Below are positions 1-9,747 of a stretch of 64,000 bases of DNA, in pieces. The DNA comes from a candidate division FCPU426 bacterium (GTDB taxonomy: Bacteria; Oederibacteriota; JAAXVQ01; JAUVAV01): NCBI GenBank assembly GCA_030637655.1, contig DAOWGI010000027.1, forward strand, positions 32,001 to 96,000, read 5' to 3'. The first letter of the stretch is position 1, and every line of letters begins with the position of its first letter. The translations under genes were made by a program, and so were the position numbers. Below the pieces are notes generated by a model. The model was not told where the DNA came from. It saw nothing but the letters and a program-made list of their open reading frames with translations, and ran no database searches.

Positions 1-2575
1 ATTCTTCATATTCCAGAACCAACGAGTAGTTGATGTCCTTGTCCGTATCGGTATACACCGGCAACACATCAAATGGCGTATAAAAAAAGCGATTGTTTAA
101 ATCACGGGAATACGCTCGATACGGAGGATGCCCTGGCCAGAAATAGGCACTCATTAAAAAATGTTCCCGCGTGTCTCGGTATTTACCAATATGCTTGGCA
201 ACCGCCGTACAATTCGAATCAAAAGCGGGAATCGTATCAAAATATTTGTGATAATTGTCTTTGGCAACCGGAATGAGGAAAAGAACAAATGCTATTCCAC
301 CGATCAATACGCCCGTTCTTCCGAGCACGTGTTGCAGCAAACGCCTCGCCCGATCGATAAACACACCCATAAAAAGAAATACTGTAGACGTCATACCGAA
401 GATGCGGTCCGATTGAGGTGGTTCAATCGAAAAGACTGCAGCGCTCATAAATCCGGAAAACCATATGATCAGAATAAAGTATCGCAGTTTTTTCCAATGA
501 TATAACGAAAAGCAGAATCCCAACGCAAATAGAATGGAAGGCCAGAACTGCAGCAGAGGTTCTCCGCTTAAACCGCCATTATGTCTGGTCCGATAATCAC
601 CATGCCAATTAAATTGCGCAATGTTGATACGGATATTATTCACGATCCCTTGGGCAATATTCCGTGGCGCGTTGACATCCCCGGAAAACACAGAGACTTC
701 TTTGACACGTCCGAAAAGTGCGCTCTGGCTTTTGGCAAACATAATAAAAAGCGCTCCCCCGGCCAGCCAGGCACCCAAGAGTAATGCAACCGTAGGCTTC
801 CAGTTACGGACAAAAAAATTGCGTTGTTGAATAATGAGATACACCAGTATTCCAAAACAAATAAAAGGCACCAAGCGTGCTTGTACTGCAATATGCATGG
901 ACAGTGCAAAACTCATCCCGGAAAAAATATAATACCATTTTCGTCGTTCCTGCACCCCTTTGACCAAAAAATAAAAACCCACTAAGAGTAACAATCCCAG
1001 CAACGTGTTTCCAAACCCAAAACGCGAATAATGAATATGATAACGCGAGATGGCCATTAACGCAGCACAAGCCAATGCTGCCCGCGGTCCAAAAAGCGTA
1101 CGAACCAACATAAAGAGCGCAAAGATACTTAATACCCCATATAAAATGGAGTGAAATTTCACGCCAATATTATCGATTCCAAACAGCCAATGAAAGACTT
1201 TCAACTGCGCTAGAAAAAATACCGGTTGGCTTGAAGCATGCGCTACCAATGAGGCTCGAGGATGATTTAAAATTTCCCGGGCATTGACAATACCACCGGC
1301 TTCGTCACACTCGATACCATAGGGAATGGTATCTATCATGTACGAGCGAACCCAGATTGCAAAGCCTAAAATGAGTACTAGTCCCAGAGCCTCCCAGTAC
1401 CAAGAAAACGGTTTCTCCTGCAAGGTGTCCGGTTCATTTTCAGTGGGTTCTTTAAAAGCAAAGATCAAGGCAATACCGGCATAGGCAAAATACGTCAGCC
1501 CGGACGATATCTCTTCGTGGGAGATTAAACTCTGAGCGCGATATCCGAGATACAGCGCCAAGCCGAGCATCGTGAGGCGAAATATATTTTTCAAAAAATT
1601 CAAAATCAATCCCGGTTCTTGATGTGCTTTGAATCCTTGTTGCCAGGGAAACGATAATCCGATCAGGCCGATACCAAGCATACCACCGGCTAATCCTTGA
1701 GCAGTAATTTCACCATTGCTTGTCTGTCGGGCAAATAACAACAAGCCCGCTCCAACCAGGACCAAGAGTGCTTTTAGGATGACACCGGCCATCCCTTGGG
1801 CTTTTCCGGAAAACTCATTTAAGGGGTACCGCGACTGTTCCGAATCACAAAAATGATTCGGCATCAGTGCCAGAATAAATAAAATACCTATTGTATTGCA
1901 GGTAATTCCGATAATTTCTTTATGCCCATTGAGAAAAACATGTTTAATTAAAATCAGGTTTCCGATCAGAATCAAAGCAAGTCCCGGCAAACCGATAAAG
2001 GCACAACGAATCCAGTCTCCGAGCAGCCCCAGCCGGACAAATTTTTTCTCATTTCGAATAGCAATGTATAGAAAAAAAATACTGAACAACATTATAAAAA
2101 CCATGGATATACTCTGCTTATAAATGAGCAGCACCTGAGAAAAGACTAATAACAAAATACCAACAATAATCAGTACTAATTTAGGTAGGTTGAGTTCTAC
2201 CAAAGCAATCTTGTCCGGTAAGCCAAAAGCTCTCTTTTTTTCCTGAACCACCTGTTTCTGATCTTCCAGAGCCGCCAAAGTAGCCTCTTGGTTTGCGACT
2301 TCTGTTTTTAAACTTCGGGTTTTGGCTACTTGATAGATAAGGGCTCCCGCTTTTTTAAAAAATTCCATCAGCCAGCGAACTTTTAAAAAAGCAAGGTTGC
2401 GAACAAAAAAAGTCAACCCCACAAAGAGAATGCCAAGCGTGGTAAGTTGAAGTCCGGCAGATATCTCGCTTTGAATAATCAACCGCTGTCCCCAACCTAA
2501 AAAAATCAAGGCCAAAAGGCCAAAATACACTTTTGGTGATTTCAACGTGCTTACCAGTTTTGGATGATCCTGCAT
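1..2575 (-). CDS. Large multi-TM glycosyltransferase, GT39/PMT/ArnT-like (3' end runs off the window)
   Basis: Not in the ORF track because it has no stop in the window. Manual translation from ATG 2575 (MQDHPKLVSTLKSPK...) stays open to the edge. Many TM segments; motifs 'IPYGIECDEAG', 'SRYHIHYSRFG', 'FNWHGDYRTRHN'. Confidence 0.8.
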   Translation of the reverse strand, partial: MQDHPKLVSTLKSPKVYFGLLALIFLGWGQRLIIQSEISAGLQLTTLGILFVGLTFFVRNLAFLKVRWLMEFFKKAGALIYQVAKTRSLKTEVANQEATLAALEDQKQVVQEKKRAFGLPDKIALVELNLPKLVLIIVGILLLVFSQVLLIYKQSISMVFIMLFSIFFLYIAIRNEKKFVRLGLLGDWIRCAFIGLPGLALILIGNLILIKHVFLNGHKEIIGITCNTIGILFILALMPNHFCDSEQSRYPLNEFSGKAQGMAGVILKALLVLVGAGLLLFARQTSNGEITAQGLAGGMLGIGLIGLSFPWQQGFKAHQEPGLILNFLKNIFRLTMLGLALYLGYRAQSLISHEEISSGLTYFAYAGIALIFAFKEPTENEPDTLQEKPFSWYWEALGLVLILGFAIWVRSYMIDTIPYGIECDEAGGIVNAREILNHPRASLVAHASSQPVFFLAQLKVFHWLFGIDNIGVKFHSILYGVLSIFALFMLVRTLFGPRAALACAALMAISRYHIHYSRFGFGNTLLGLLLLVGFYFLVKGVQERRKWYYIFSGMSFALSMHIAVQARLVPFICFGILVYLIIQQRNFFVRNWKPTVALLLGAWLAGGALFIMFAKSQSALFGRVKEVSVFSGDVNAPRNIAQGIVNNIRINIAQFNWHGDYRTRHNGGLSGEPLLQFWPSILFALGFCFSLYHWKKLRYFILIIWFSGFMSAAVFSIEPPQSDRIFGMTSTVFLFMGVFIDRARRLLQHVLGRTGVLIGGIAFVLFLIPVAKDNYHKYFDTIPAFDSNCTAVAKHIGKYRDTREHFLMSAYFWPGHPPYRAYSRDLNNRFFYTPFDVLPVYTDTDKDINYSLVLEYEE

Positions 2576-2777
2576 GGTTTTTTGTAGTAAAGTGAGTAAC
2601 CAGTTAATAACTCATCACACCTTTCCTTGTCCAATAACTTCTAATAAGTACTCCTGACTTCCTATATCCGGTAATCGCTTTCGTTTCCATTGTCCTTGAC
2701 CGCACTCGCATGCGACGAATGACACTACCGGCTGATGCTGTTTTTAGTACTAAGACTTGCTGCCGGTTGCTTGGTCG

Positions 2778-3716
2778 TCAACGATCCGCTTCAACATAAA
2801 CAATCAACCAAAAGAGGCGAAACTGAGATAACCAACGGGCCAATGCTCTCAACCATTCCCAGGGTGGACGTTCGAACCGGTAATAGTTATCCGGCCGACC
2901 ATGTCGGACATTTTCAAAACCCACTTTGGTAAAGTATTTTTTTATCCCGCGAATGGTAAATGATTTTTCGTAGCCGTACTGCAAATGACGGCCTCTGAGC
3001 AAACGATGATGAAACCATTCGGCTAACGGTTTGATAAGAGGCAGCTCTGGAATATTTCCCCATATTTGATAATACCCTAACGTAGCTAAAGAGATCACAG
3101 GAACACTCGTGTTGACTCTGCCGCCTGGTCGCAGGGTACGGTAAATTTCTTGGACCGCAACTTGGGTGTCCGGAAAATGCTCCAAAGACCCCCAGCCAAA
3201 CATATATCCCAAAGAGGCTGTTTTAAAAGGCAAATGCCTTAAATCACCAACCACGAAAAACCCTTCCTCCTGTTCGCGGTCAAAAAGCTGCCTGGATTGC
3301 TCGCAAGCCTCATGACAAGCATCAATCCCAATCACCAGACCTTTTTTCTCTTTCGCGACCAGCAGTGCCAGTTGACCGTTACCACATCCGGCTTCTAAAA
3401 ACGGCCCCCACTCATTCTCCGAGGGAGCATGACGACATATGAATTTTGTGACATAAACATAGGACGGATCGGCTTTTGTCTGACCTTTGGCCGGCAAGCC
3501 GACTTTCTTCCATTCTTTATTCCAACTGTTGATGGAAAGCTGAAATTTGGGACTAATATCATCGTAGGGCAGCATATCCGGAATCCCATTTTTAATGGGA
3601 AATTTCCGCTCACACGATTGGCAAACCAGTTGATCCTGGCTTTGTTTTACATCAGCCTGGCAATATGGACAAGCCAGAATATTTAAATAATTTTCCGGAA
3701 TACTGTTCACACCCAT
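2778..3716 (-). CDS. Trm112-like Zn-knuckle fused to class I SAM-dependent methyltransferase
   Basis: N-terminal LACPYC...LVCQSC..FPIKNGIPDML; SAM motif LEAGCGNG; GDLRHLPF; LRPGG. Confidence 0.85.
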   Translation of the reverse strand: MGVNSIPENYLNILACPYCQADVKQSQDQLVCQSCERKFPIKNGIPDMLPYDDISPKFQLSINSWNKEWKKVGLPAKGQTKADPSYVYVTKFICRHAPSENEWGPFLEAGCGNGQLALLVAKEKKGLVIGIDACHEACEQSRQLFDREQEEGFFVVGDLRHLPFKTASLGYMFGWGSLEHFPDTQVAVQEIYRTLRPGGRVNTSVPVISLATLGYYQIWGNIPELPLIKPLAEWFHHRLLRGRHLQYGYEKSFTIRGIKKYFTKVGFENVRHGRPDNYYRFERPPWEWLRALARWLSQFRLFWLIVYVEADR

Positions 3717-4165
3717 TTCTATTTCCTTCCTCGTAAATATCGTTTTTCGGCCTGTTTACTTTAGAAACTTTACAGTGCCCAGAACCGAACATCCCCTTAA
3801 GCAGTACCCAAACAATTTGGAAGCTGCGGAATAGTTGAGACTGGTAAAAAAAAATGAGAGTTCGGGATGATGGTATACGTACTCCCTGCTCAAAAAACTT
3901 AAAAGTTAAGGGAAAGTATACCGGATAAGAAGTGGCATTTCAAGAAAAGTATGTATAAAAATCGGGTTAAACGGAACCTGCTATGATCTACTCTCATGCC
4001 CTCTCATGCGCTTGGGGCGCTTGGCTAGATTTGCGTTGTGCTTTAAAAGAATATCTGTTAATACTAAAAGAAGTTTCTCGATTTTTTATTTAAGCCTGCT
4101 CTGCAAATGGCTCAACGTGGGTTCCTATTGCTGGTAGTGCCAATACCAATTTCTGGAGTATACTT

Positions 4166-6424
4166 GTGCGGCTTTATTATGGTCGGGAATTTTCCGGACA
4201 ATCAGGTGGCCCCTCTCGCCTTGATCCCTGGTTTGCGCTACTGGCTTTCCTTATCCCGGTACTGAGTTCTCTACCGCTTCTGGGAACCGACCTCACGACC
4301 GGAGATCACACTGAATTTGTGTTGGGAGCACTCACCCTCGGCATTATTCAATTTCCAGGCTATCCGCTCTATTTAGTATGTACAAAATTTATCTCCCTAC
4401 TAATCCCTCACGCTTCCGAAATCTGGCGGATTAATTTTATTAGCTTGTTGTACGGTTCAATGGCAACTCTCCTGATTTTTCTGATTGGCCGCCGTTTACG
4501 CTTTGCTCCTTTTGTAAGTCTGGCCGCGGCCTGTTTTTTCTTCTTTTCTCCTTTTTTTTGGCAGGCGTCTCTGCTCTCAACGTATTACACCTTTCATCAT
4601 TTATTAATAACCACCCTGCTTTTTTTAACCCTGGACATTTTTGGTCCCCTTCCTTGGCGACAACGGCGCCTCCGTTTACTGCTGTGGGCCGCGTTCTGTG
4701 GCTTGACCGGAGGTCAGCATCCTGAACTTTTGCCCTGGGCAATCACTGCTTTTGTCTTAGGTATCAGCATCGGTCTTCCCCGGCACCGGGTCAAAGGCTC
4801 CGATTACTCACTGGTCTTTATCAGCGCCTTGACCGCGGCTATTCTGCCTTATGCTTATCTTCCCTTGCGGTTGTTGGCTGCCAACGCGTTTGTCAACCCG
4901 GATGCGGTTGCCGCCCATGCCGGACTAATGCATACCCCCTCATTTACAAAACTTATCTCCTGGCTCACACAGTATGTCAGCGAAGGTCTGCATTCCTGTT
5001 TTTTCGCGCATACGTTTCAGACCTCCATCATTCATCTGGGAAACGCTCTCTTGGACTTTGTTTACGCTTACCCTTTCTTTCCTCTGGTAGTTGTGGCGCT
5101 GGGGTTGTTACTCAATTTACGTGATGTGTTTATCCGGCAACCACGCCGGGGCGCGACGGCCACCGGTTCTACCGGCCGGCTTTTTATTGCCATTCTTCCT
5201 TTGTTTGCTTTGGGTGGCAGCGCTTTACTGCTTCCCGGAAACGCACTCTCTACTCAATTGAGTATGTCCTTGGGTTGCGCTTTCTGGAGCTTAAAAGGCT
5301 TGGAATATTGTTACCAAACCTTGGGACACGCAGATTATCTGCTCGCGAGGAACACACGTCTGCGCCCCACCTGGTTTGCTTTGTTGATCATTCTCTTGCT
5401 TCCCGTCTTAACCGGCATTCATAACTATCCCGTATTTAAAAACCAAATACGGCACGCGAGCAATCCCCAATCCAGTATTAGCGACGTTTCCCAGTTGCTT
5501 CACGACCTTCCGGCAAAAGCAATTCTGGTTTTTCCGAACACCTCCTCCTTGCTAATCACACAGTATGTTCAGCAACGGTTGGGTGTTCGTACGGATGTAG
5601 CTTTAATGCCTTTTTCCCAACTCTGGAAAGATAACCTGCCGGCACCCCCTTCTTGGCTACACCTGTTTAACCAAAAACCAGAGACTCTCTTCGCGCGAAA
5701 AATGAAATTCACACGCCTATGGATTCAAGGATTGTTGGAAAAAATCATTTCCGGCCGCCCTGCCTTTGTCGTGTTTTCCCCTATGCTGCCAACACCCACC
5801 TTGGAATATCTGGTACAGTCCTTCACCTTGTCTGAAGCCCATTCCCCGGTCGCGGAGTGGAAACAACCTAACCAACAAGGATTTTTATCTGTGTATCGCA
5901 TACAGCGTCCATCTCTTCCTGTCAAACCCAGGCGTCAGCGGGTTGGCAAAACCTATATCAATGATTTTGAGAGCGAACTGCGTCTGTTGTCCGCTCAAAT
6001 GCAACGTCCTTTACAACGGCCCGGCAAATTTGCCATGCTAAACATTAGCCTGCGCTGGCAACTATTGCGAAAAATTGAACACGATAAATTATTGGTCAAA
6101 TTTTGGATAACCCCGGCAAGTCGTGAACAATCCATTCGTATGGCTGACGGGAAAAAGCGGCTATGGAAAGAAACTCGGATATTGGGACAGGGCTATGTAC
6201 TCAACCGGCTGCGTGCCCGTGCCTCCTTTAAGGAAAAATATCAACTGCTGGTGCCAACCGAGCTTCCGGTGGGCCGTTATCTGGTTCACCTCTCGGTGCT
6301 GGACAAAACCAACAATCAGCCCCTGGCTGCCGGCGAGCATAAAGGAGAGCCGGTTTACTTCTCCCCGGCTTGTGAATTTTGGGTGACTGCTTCGGAAGAG
6401 GACACCGGTGTTTCCCTGCCATAA
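4166..6424 (+). CDS. DUF2723 / TMEM260-like membrane glycosyltransferase with C-terminal Ig-like domain
   Basis: GDHTEFVLGALTLGIIQFPGYPLY resembles the DUF2723 signature GDSGEF...LGIxHPPGYPLY; multiple TM helices. Confidence 0.75.
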   Translation: MRLYYGREFSGQSGGPSRLDPWFALLAFLIPVLSSLPLLGTDLTTGDHTEFVLGALTLGIIQFPGYPLYLVCTKFISLLIPHASEIWRINFISLLYGSMATLLIFLIGRRLRFAPFVSLAAACFFFFSPFFWQASLLSTYYTFHHLLITTLLFLTLDIFGPLPWRQRRLRLLLWAAFCGLTGGQHPELLPWAITAFVLGISIGLPRHRVKGSDYSLVFISALTAAILPYAYLPLRLLAANAFVNPDAVAAHAGLMHTPSFTKLISWLTQYVSEGLHSCFFAHTFQTSIIHLGNALLDFVYAYPFFPLVVVALGLLLNLRDVFIRQPRRGATATGSTGRLFIAILPLFALGGSALLLPGNALSTQLSMSLGCAFWSLKGLEYCYQTLGHADYLLARNTRLRPTWFALLIILLLPVLTGIHNYPVFKNQIRHASNPQSSISDVSQLLHDLPAKAILVFPNTSSLLITQYVQQRLGVRTDVALMPFSQLWKDNLPAPPSWLHLFNQKPETLFARKMKFTRLWIQGLLEKIISGRPAFVVFSPMLPTPTLEYLVQSFTLSEAHSPVAEWKQPNQQGFLSVYRIQRPSLPVKPRRQRVGKTYINDFESELRLLSAQMQRPLQRPGKFAMLNISLRWQLLRKIEHDKLLVKFWITPASREQSIRMADGKKRLWKETRILGQGYVLNRLRARASFKEKYQLLVPTELPVGRYLVHLSVLDKTNNQPLAAGEHKGEPVYFSPACEFWVTASEEDTGVSLP

Positions 6425-7707
6425 TTAAGACCTAAATGAGTCCCGTGGAAATAATGACTTAGAATTTCGCGATATGAAAAACCATGTTGTGCCATACCGC
6501 GAGCGCCCCATTGACACATCCCTACCCCGTGCCCCAAGCCATGTCCGACAATACGAAATTGGTTGCCCACGACATCCAGCGTGTAAAAATTGCTCAGTAA
6601 TTTTCGTTTGCCGTACTCTTGTCGGAGAGCGGCCCGCAAATCATTCGAGGTGATGACAAAGTTCTGTTTGTCGGTGATTACACGAATCCGTTTCACACGT
6701 CCGGAACGATTTGTAAAATCTACTTGTACATCCTCTAAACGCTCTTGTTTTCCTATTTTCTTGATCCTGCGCAAAGCACGTTCCACTCGGCGTACTGAAG
6801 TATATATCCGCCAATCTACATACGGCGACTGTGCGCAATAGGGACGGTTGCCCAGTTTCCAGTGGTCCTCCACTCGTACCAAGTAAGGTATTTTCCTTCC
6901 GGCCCATACTTCATTAACAAACACGGTATTACCGCCACAGGTACTGTGATAAAACGCTTCCGCCAACTGATTGTTATACATAAGGACTTCGCGTAAAGTC
7001 ATCTTCACAGCTCGTTCCGCCCGGCGCGAGAGTCTCTTTCGACCTTTAAACACCTGACAATGCGGCCCGTCACAGTAATCATAATCAAAACGGTCATGGC
7101 GGTCGATATTTTTCAAGGCCCACGTGCGTGCCACTACCGCCTGGGCTTTCAGCGCTTCCAAGGTGAAATGATCCGGATCCATCTCTTCACTAATCACTTG
7201 CGCCAGATAATGTTCCAGGGGCATGGTCGTAATAATCGCCAAACGCCGGTATTTTACCGAGACATTCAAACGTCTGGCGTCGTAGGCACGCGCAAAACGA
7301 CATTCCGGAACAATCACATTAAAAATCCGAACCTGCTGATTGGAGGTCTTAATCCAGACTTGCTGATAGGTTTGGGCTTTTTTAAAAGCGGCCTTACCGC
7401 GCTGCCAAGCGACTGCTACGCGATCGCCTTGCATACGAAAATAGACTTTGCGTGCTTGTTTTGGTATGGAAATAGCTTGGCCGTTCCCGTCCGTGAGCAC
7501 CACGTCCTTGGCCGGAAATTCAATGGCTGTTCCGGTAAAATAGGCTTTACGAATTATGCGTACGCGGACATCCGGACCGGTATCCAGAGTATGTTTAGTC
7601 CAGTCCGATTCCGGTATGGCTGAAGAAAAGAGCTGACACCCCAGGAGCACCCACGGGAGAACGAGTGCCAAGAACAGCCGGCCATACCAGTAAAGGAACC
7701 TAGGCAC
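6355..7707 (-). CDS. SpoIID/LytB-family lytic transglycosylase, probable lipoprotein
   Basis: LEHYLAQVISEEM, EALKAQAVVART, YHSTCGG, GHGLGHGVGMCQWGA, ILSHYF; LLGC lipobox. Start GTG 7707 preferred over the track's 7758. Confidence 0.9.
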   Translation of the reverse strand: MPRFLYWYGRLFLALVLPWVLLGCQLFSSAIPESDWTKHTLDTGPDVRVRIIRKAYFTGTAIEFPAKDVVLTDGNGQAISIPKQARKVYFRMQGDRVAVAWQRGKAAFKKAQTYQQVWIKTSNQQVRIFNVIVPECRFARAYDARRLNVSVKYRRLAIITTMPLEHYLAQVISEEMDPDHFTLEALKAQAVVARTWALKNIDRHDRFDYDYCDGPHCQVFKGRKRLSRRAERAVKMTLREVLMYNNQLAEAFYHSTCGGNTVFVNEVWAGRKIPYLVRVEDHWKLGNRPYCAQSPYVDWRIYTSVRRVERALRRIKKIGKQERLEDVQVDFTNRSGRVKRIRVITDKQNFVITSNDLRAALRQEYGKRKLLSNFYTLDVVGNQFRIVGHGLGHGVGMCQWGARGMAQHGFSYREILSHYFHGTHLGLNYGRETPVSSSEAVTQNSQAGEK

Positions 7708-8110
7708 GTTTACGAGAACCGGCTTTTTTTTTGGTTTGCTTGCCCGGCCTCCGGACACTCTGTTTATTGGCAGCGCTTTTTCGTTTCACCGTCCGGGTAT
7801 GCTGCTGCCGGTTTAAGGGATGGAGTTGCAGCATTGTTTTTTCTTCCGGAGTTAAATCATTGAGAATCGTGTTTAAGCGAATATCTCTGGCAATGGTCTG
7901 CAAACGATGGGCAATCTCATGCTCTTTCAATTTCGGATTGGCCGCTTTTAAACGCAAGGCGGTTTTGGCTGCCAGCAAGACGGAATAGCCCATACGCTCA
8001 ACCGGATTTTGCTGTAAAATAAGTTTAAAACTCTCGATAAACGCACCTAAATACTCTTCAATACTCCGCGGGGTTTGTTCATCTTCCAAAGTGTTTAAAT
8101 ATCGCCGCAT
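7700..8110 (-). CDS. Hypothetical protein with basic C-terminal tail
   Basis: ATG 8110 with AAGGGGG RBS; stop overlaps the SpoIID start. Confidence 0.65.
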   Translation of the reverse strand: MRRYLNTLEDEQTPRSIEEYLGAFIESFKLILQQNPVERMGYSVLLAAKTALRLKAANPKLKEHEIAHRLQTIARDIRLNTILNDLTPEEKTMLQLHPLNRQQHTRTVKRKSAANKQSVRRPGKQTKKKAGSRKRA

Positions 8111-8192
8111 AATGTATGTCCCCCTTTTTTCCAACAACGTATTTATTGTACACTGGGAGAAAAATAAACTCAATGGTAATTGCTGCGGTCCG

Positions 8193-8393
8193 GTAATATG
8201 TCAGTGAAGTGCGGTTAAACAAAGGTTGTCATACCCGCAGGATTTTTATGTTTCCGTAGGGGCAGGGCTTGCCCCTGCCCTGGTTTTAATTTGAAGGGCA
8301 CCCGCAAGGGGTGCCCCTACGATTAAAATTATCTGCGTCTATCTGCGTTCATCGGCGGCTAATTTTGGTTCCATTAGTTCACTGACATGTTAC
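8193..8393. mobile_element. IS66-type MITE (GTAAYATGTCAGTGAA ends) carrying a REP doublet
   Basis: TIRs gtaatatgtcagtgaa / ttcactgacatgttac; perfect 8-bp flanking duplication GCGGTCCG (8185-8192, 8394-8401); internal GTAGGGGC...GCCCCTAC doublet at 8256-8320. Confidence 0.85.
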
Positions 8394-8425
8394 GCGGTCC
8401 GGCCACATGTCAATCAAGCGACTGT

Positions 8426-9019
8426 TTATTTTAAGCCGCGACTGCCGGGCTTAACAATAGGAATCCCTTGCCGGCAAAGCGGACACGTTTCAGGTGAATA
8501 AATATCCGCCTGAACTTTCAGCAATGAGGTCAAGGGTGCTCCCAAATCCGGAGTCGTGACACTGCGATCAACAAACGCAGCCACACCGGCCAGCTCGCCG
8601 CCTAAAGACTTGGCTAAGTCCATGGCTTCTTTAACCGACCCGCCGGTAGTCACCACGTCCTCAACTGCCAAAATTTTTTCTCCGGGTTTAATGGCAAAGC
8701 CGCGGCGCAACGTCATTTTGTTGTCCACCCGTTCGCAAAAAATTGCCCGAACCTTTGAATTTCCGGCCCGCGTGATGGCTTGGGCCACCTCTTGCGCAAT
8801 CACAATCCCGCCCACGGCCGGACCCAAGACCACTGAGACCTCCGTAGCAACAATCTTTTGCGCCAAAGCATCCGCCAATTGAGCGGCCATGACCGGTTGT
8901 TGTGTCACCAAAGCGCATTGCAAATACCGGTTGGAGTGCTTCCCGGAACTTAACAGAAAATGTCCGGAGAGCAGCGCTTGGGCTGATTCAAATATTTTTT
9001 GTACCTCTGGACCGGTCAT
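8426..9019 (-). CDS. pyrE: Orotate phosphoribosyltransferase
   Basis: GHFLLSSGKHSNRYLQC; PRPP motif VEDVVTTGGS; C-terminal CPLC...KPGSR. Confidence 0.97.
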   Translation of the reverse strand: MTGPEVQKIFESAQALLSGHFLLSSGKHSNRYLQCALVTQQPVMAAQLADALAQKIVATEVSVVLGPAVGGIVIAQEVAQAITRAGNSKVRAIFCERVDNKMTLRRGFAIKPGEKILAVEDVVTTGGSVKEAMDLAKSLGGELAGVAAFVDRSVTTPDLGAPLTSLLKVQADIYSPETCPLCRQGIPIVKPGSRGLK

Positions 9020-9744
9020 TGACCTGCCTCCTCAATCTCTTGATAAATCGAGCGTGCCACCTGTAATGGGTCCGGTGCTTGGTAAATGGGCCGGCCGACT
9101 ACAATATAATCCGCACCCGCGGCAATGGCTTGACCGGGTGTCATAATCCGTTTCTGATCCCCTTTGGCGGCTCCTCTTGGCCGGATACCAGGTGTTAAAA
9201 TAATAAATTCCGGTCCACATGCTTTGCGAATGGCTTTGATCTCCTGAGGACTTGCTACCACACCGTCGAGCCCGGCCGCTTTGGCCATTTTGGCCAGATG
9301 CACCACATAAGTCTCTATCTTTCGCCGCAAACACAACTCGGTTTCCAGTATCTGTTGATTTATCGAAGTAAGTATGGTCACTCCCAAAACCATGGTTTTT
9401 GGTTGGCGCAATTTTTTAGAAACAGCCACTGCCGCTTTGGCTGCTGCTGCCATCATGGCACTGCCTCCGGAAGTGTGTACATTCACAATGGTCGCTCCGA
9501 TGCGGCAAGCCGATGTCACGGCTGCCTCTACCGTATTGGGGATGTCATGAAATTTCGCGTCATAAAATACACCAAATCCCCGGCGCCGCACATGCATAAC
9601 CGCTTCCGGTCCGGCCGCGGACAACAATTGCGCTCCTAATTTGTATTGAGTTACCACACCTTGCATTCGATTCATTAATACATCCGCTGCCTTGATATCA
9701 TCCAAATCCAAAGCAACAAACAAACGATCTTTTGTATTTACCAT
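9016..9744 (-). CDS. pyrF: Orotidine-5'-phosphate decarboxylase
   Basis: LFVALD, DAKFHDIPNTV, TPGIRP, GDQKR, VVGRPI. Confidence 0.97.
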   Translation of the reverse strand: MVNTKDRLFVALDLDDIKAADVLMNRMQGVVTQYKLGAQLLSAAGPEAVMHVRRRGFGVFYDAKFHDIPNTVEAAVTSACRIGATIVNVHTSGGSAMMAAAAKAAVAVSKKLRQPKTMVLGVTILTSINQQILETELCLRRKIETYVVHLAKMAKAAGLDGVVASPQEIKAIRKACGPEFIILTPGIRPRGAAKGDQKRIMTPGQAIAAGADYIVVGRPIYQAPDPLQVARSIYQEIEEAGQ

Positions 9745-9747
9745 GTA

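Noticed and set aside
73-2123. Short ORFs in the track (73-276, 161-505, 581-830, 640-1070, 1896-2123)
   Set aside because: Shadows of the long minus-strand glycosyltransferase that runs off the window.
2648-2751. Imperfect inverted repeat ccggtaatcgctttcgt / acgaatgacactaccgg flanked by AGTACT
   Set aside because: Only about 12/17 matches and a single copy; cannot support an element or RNA call.
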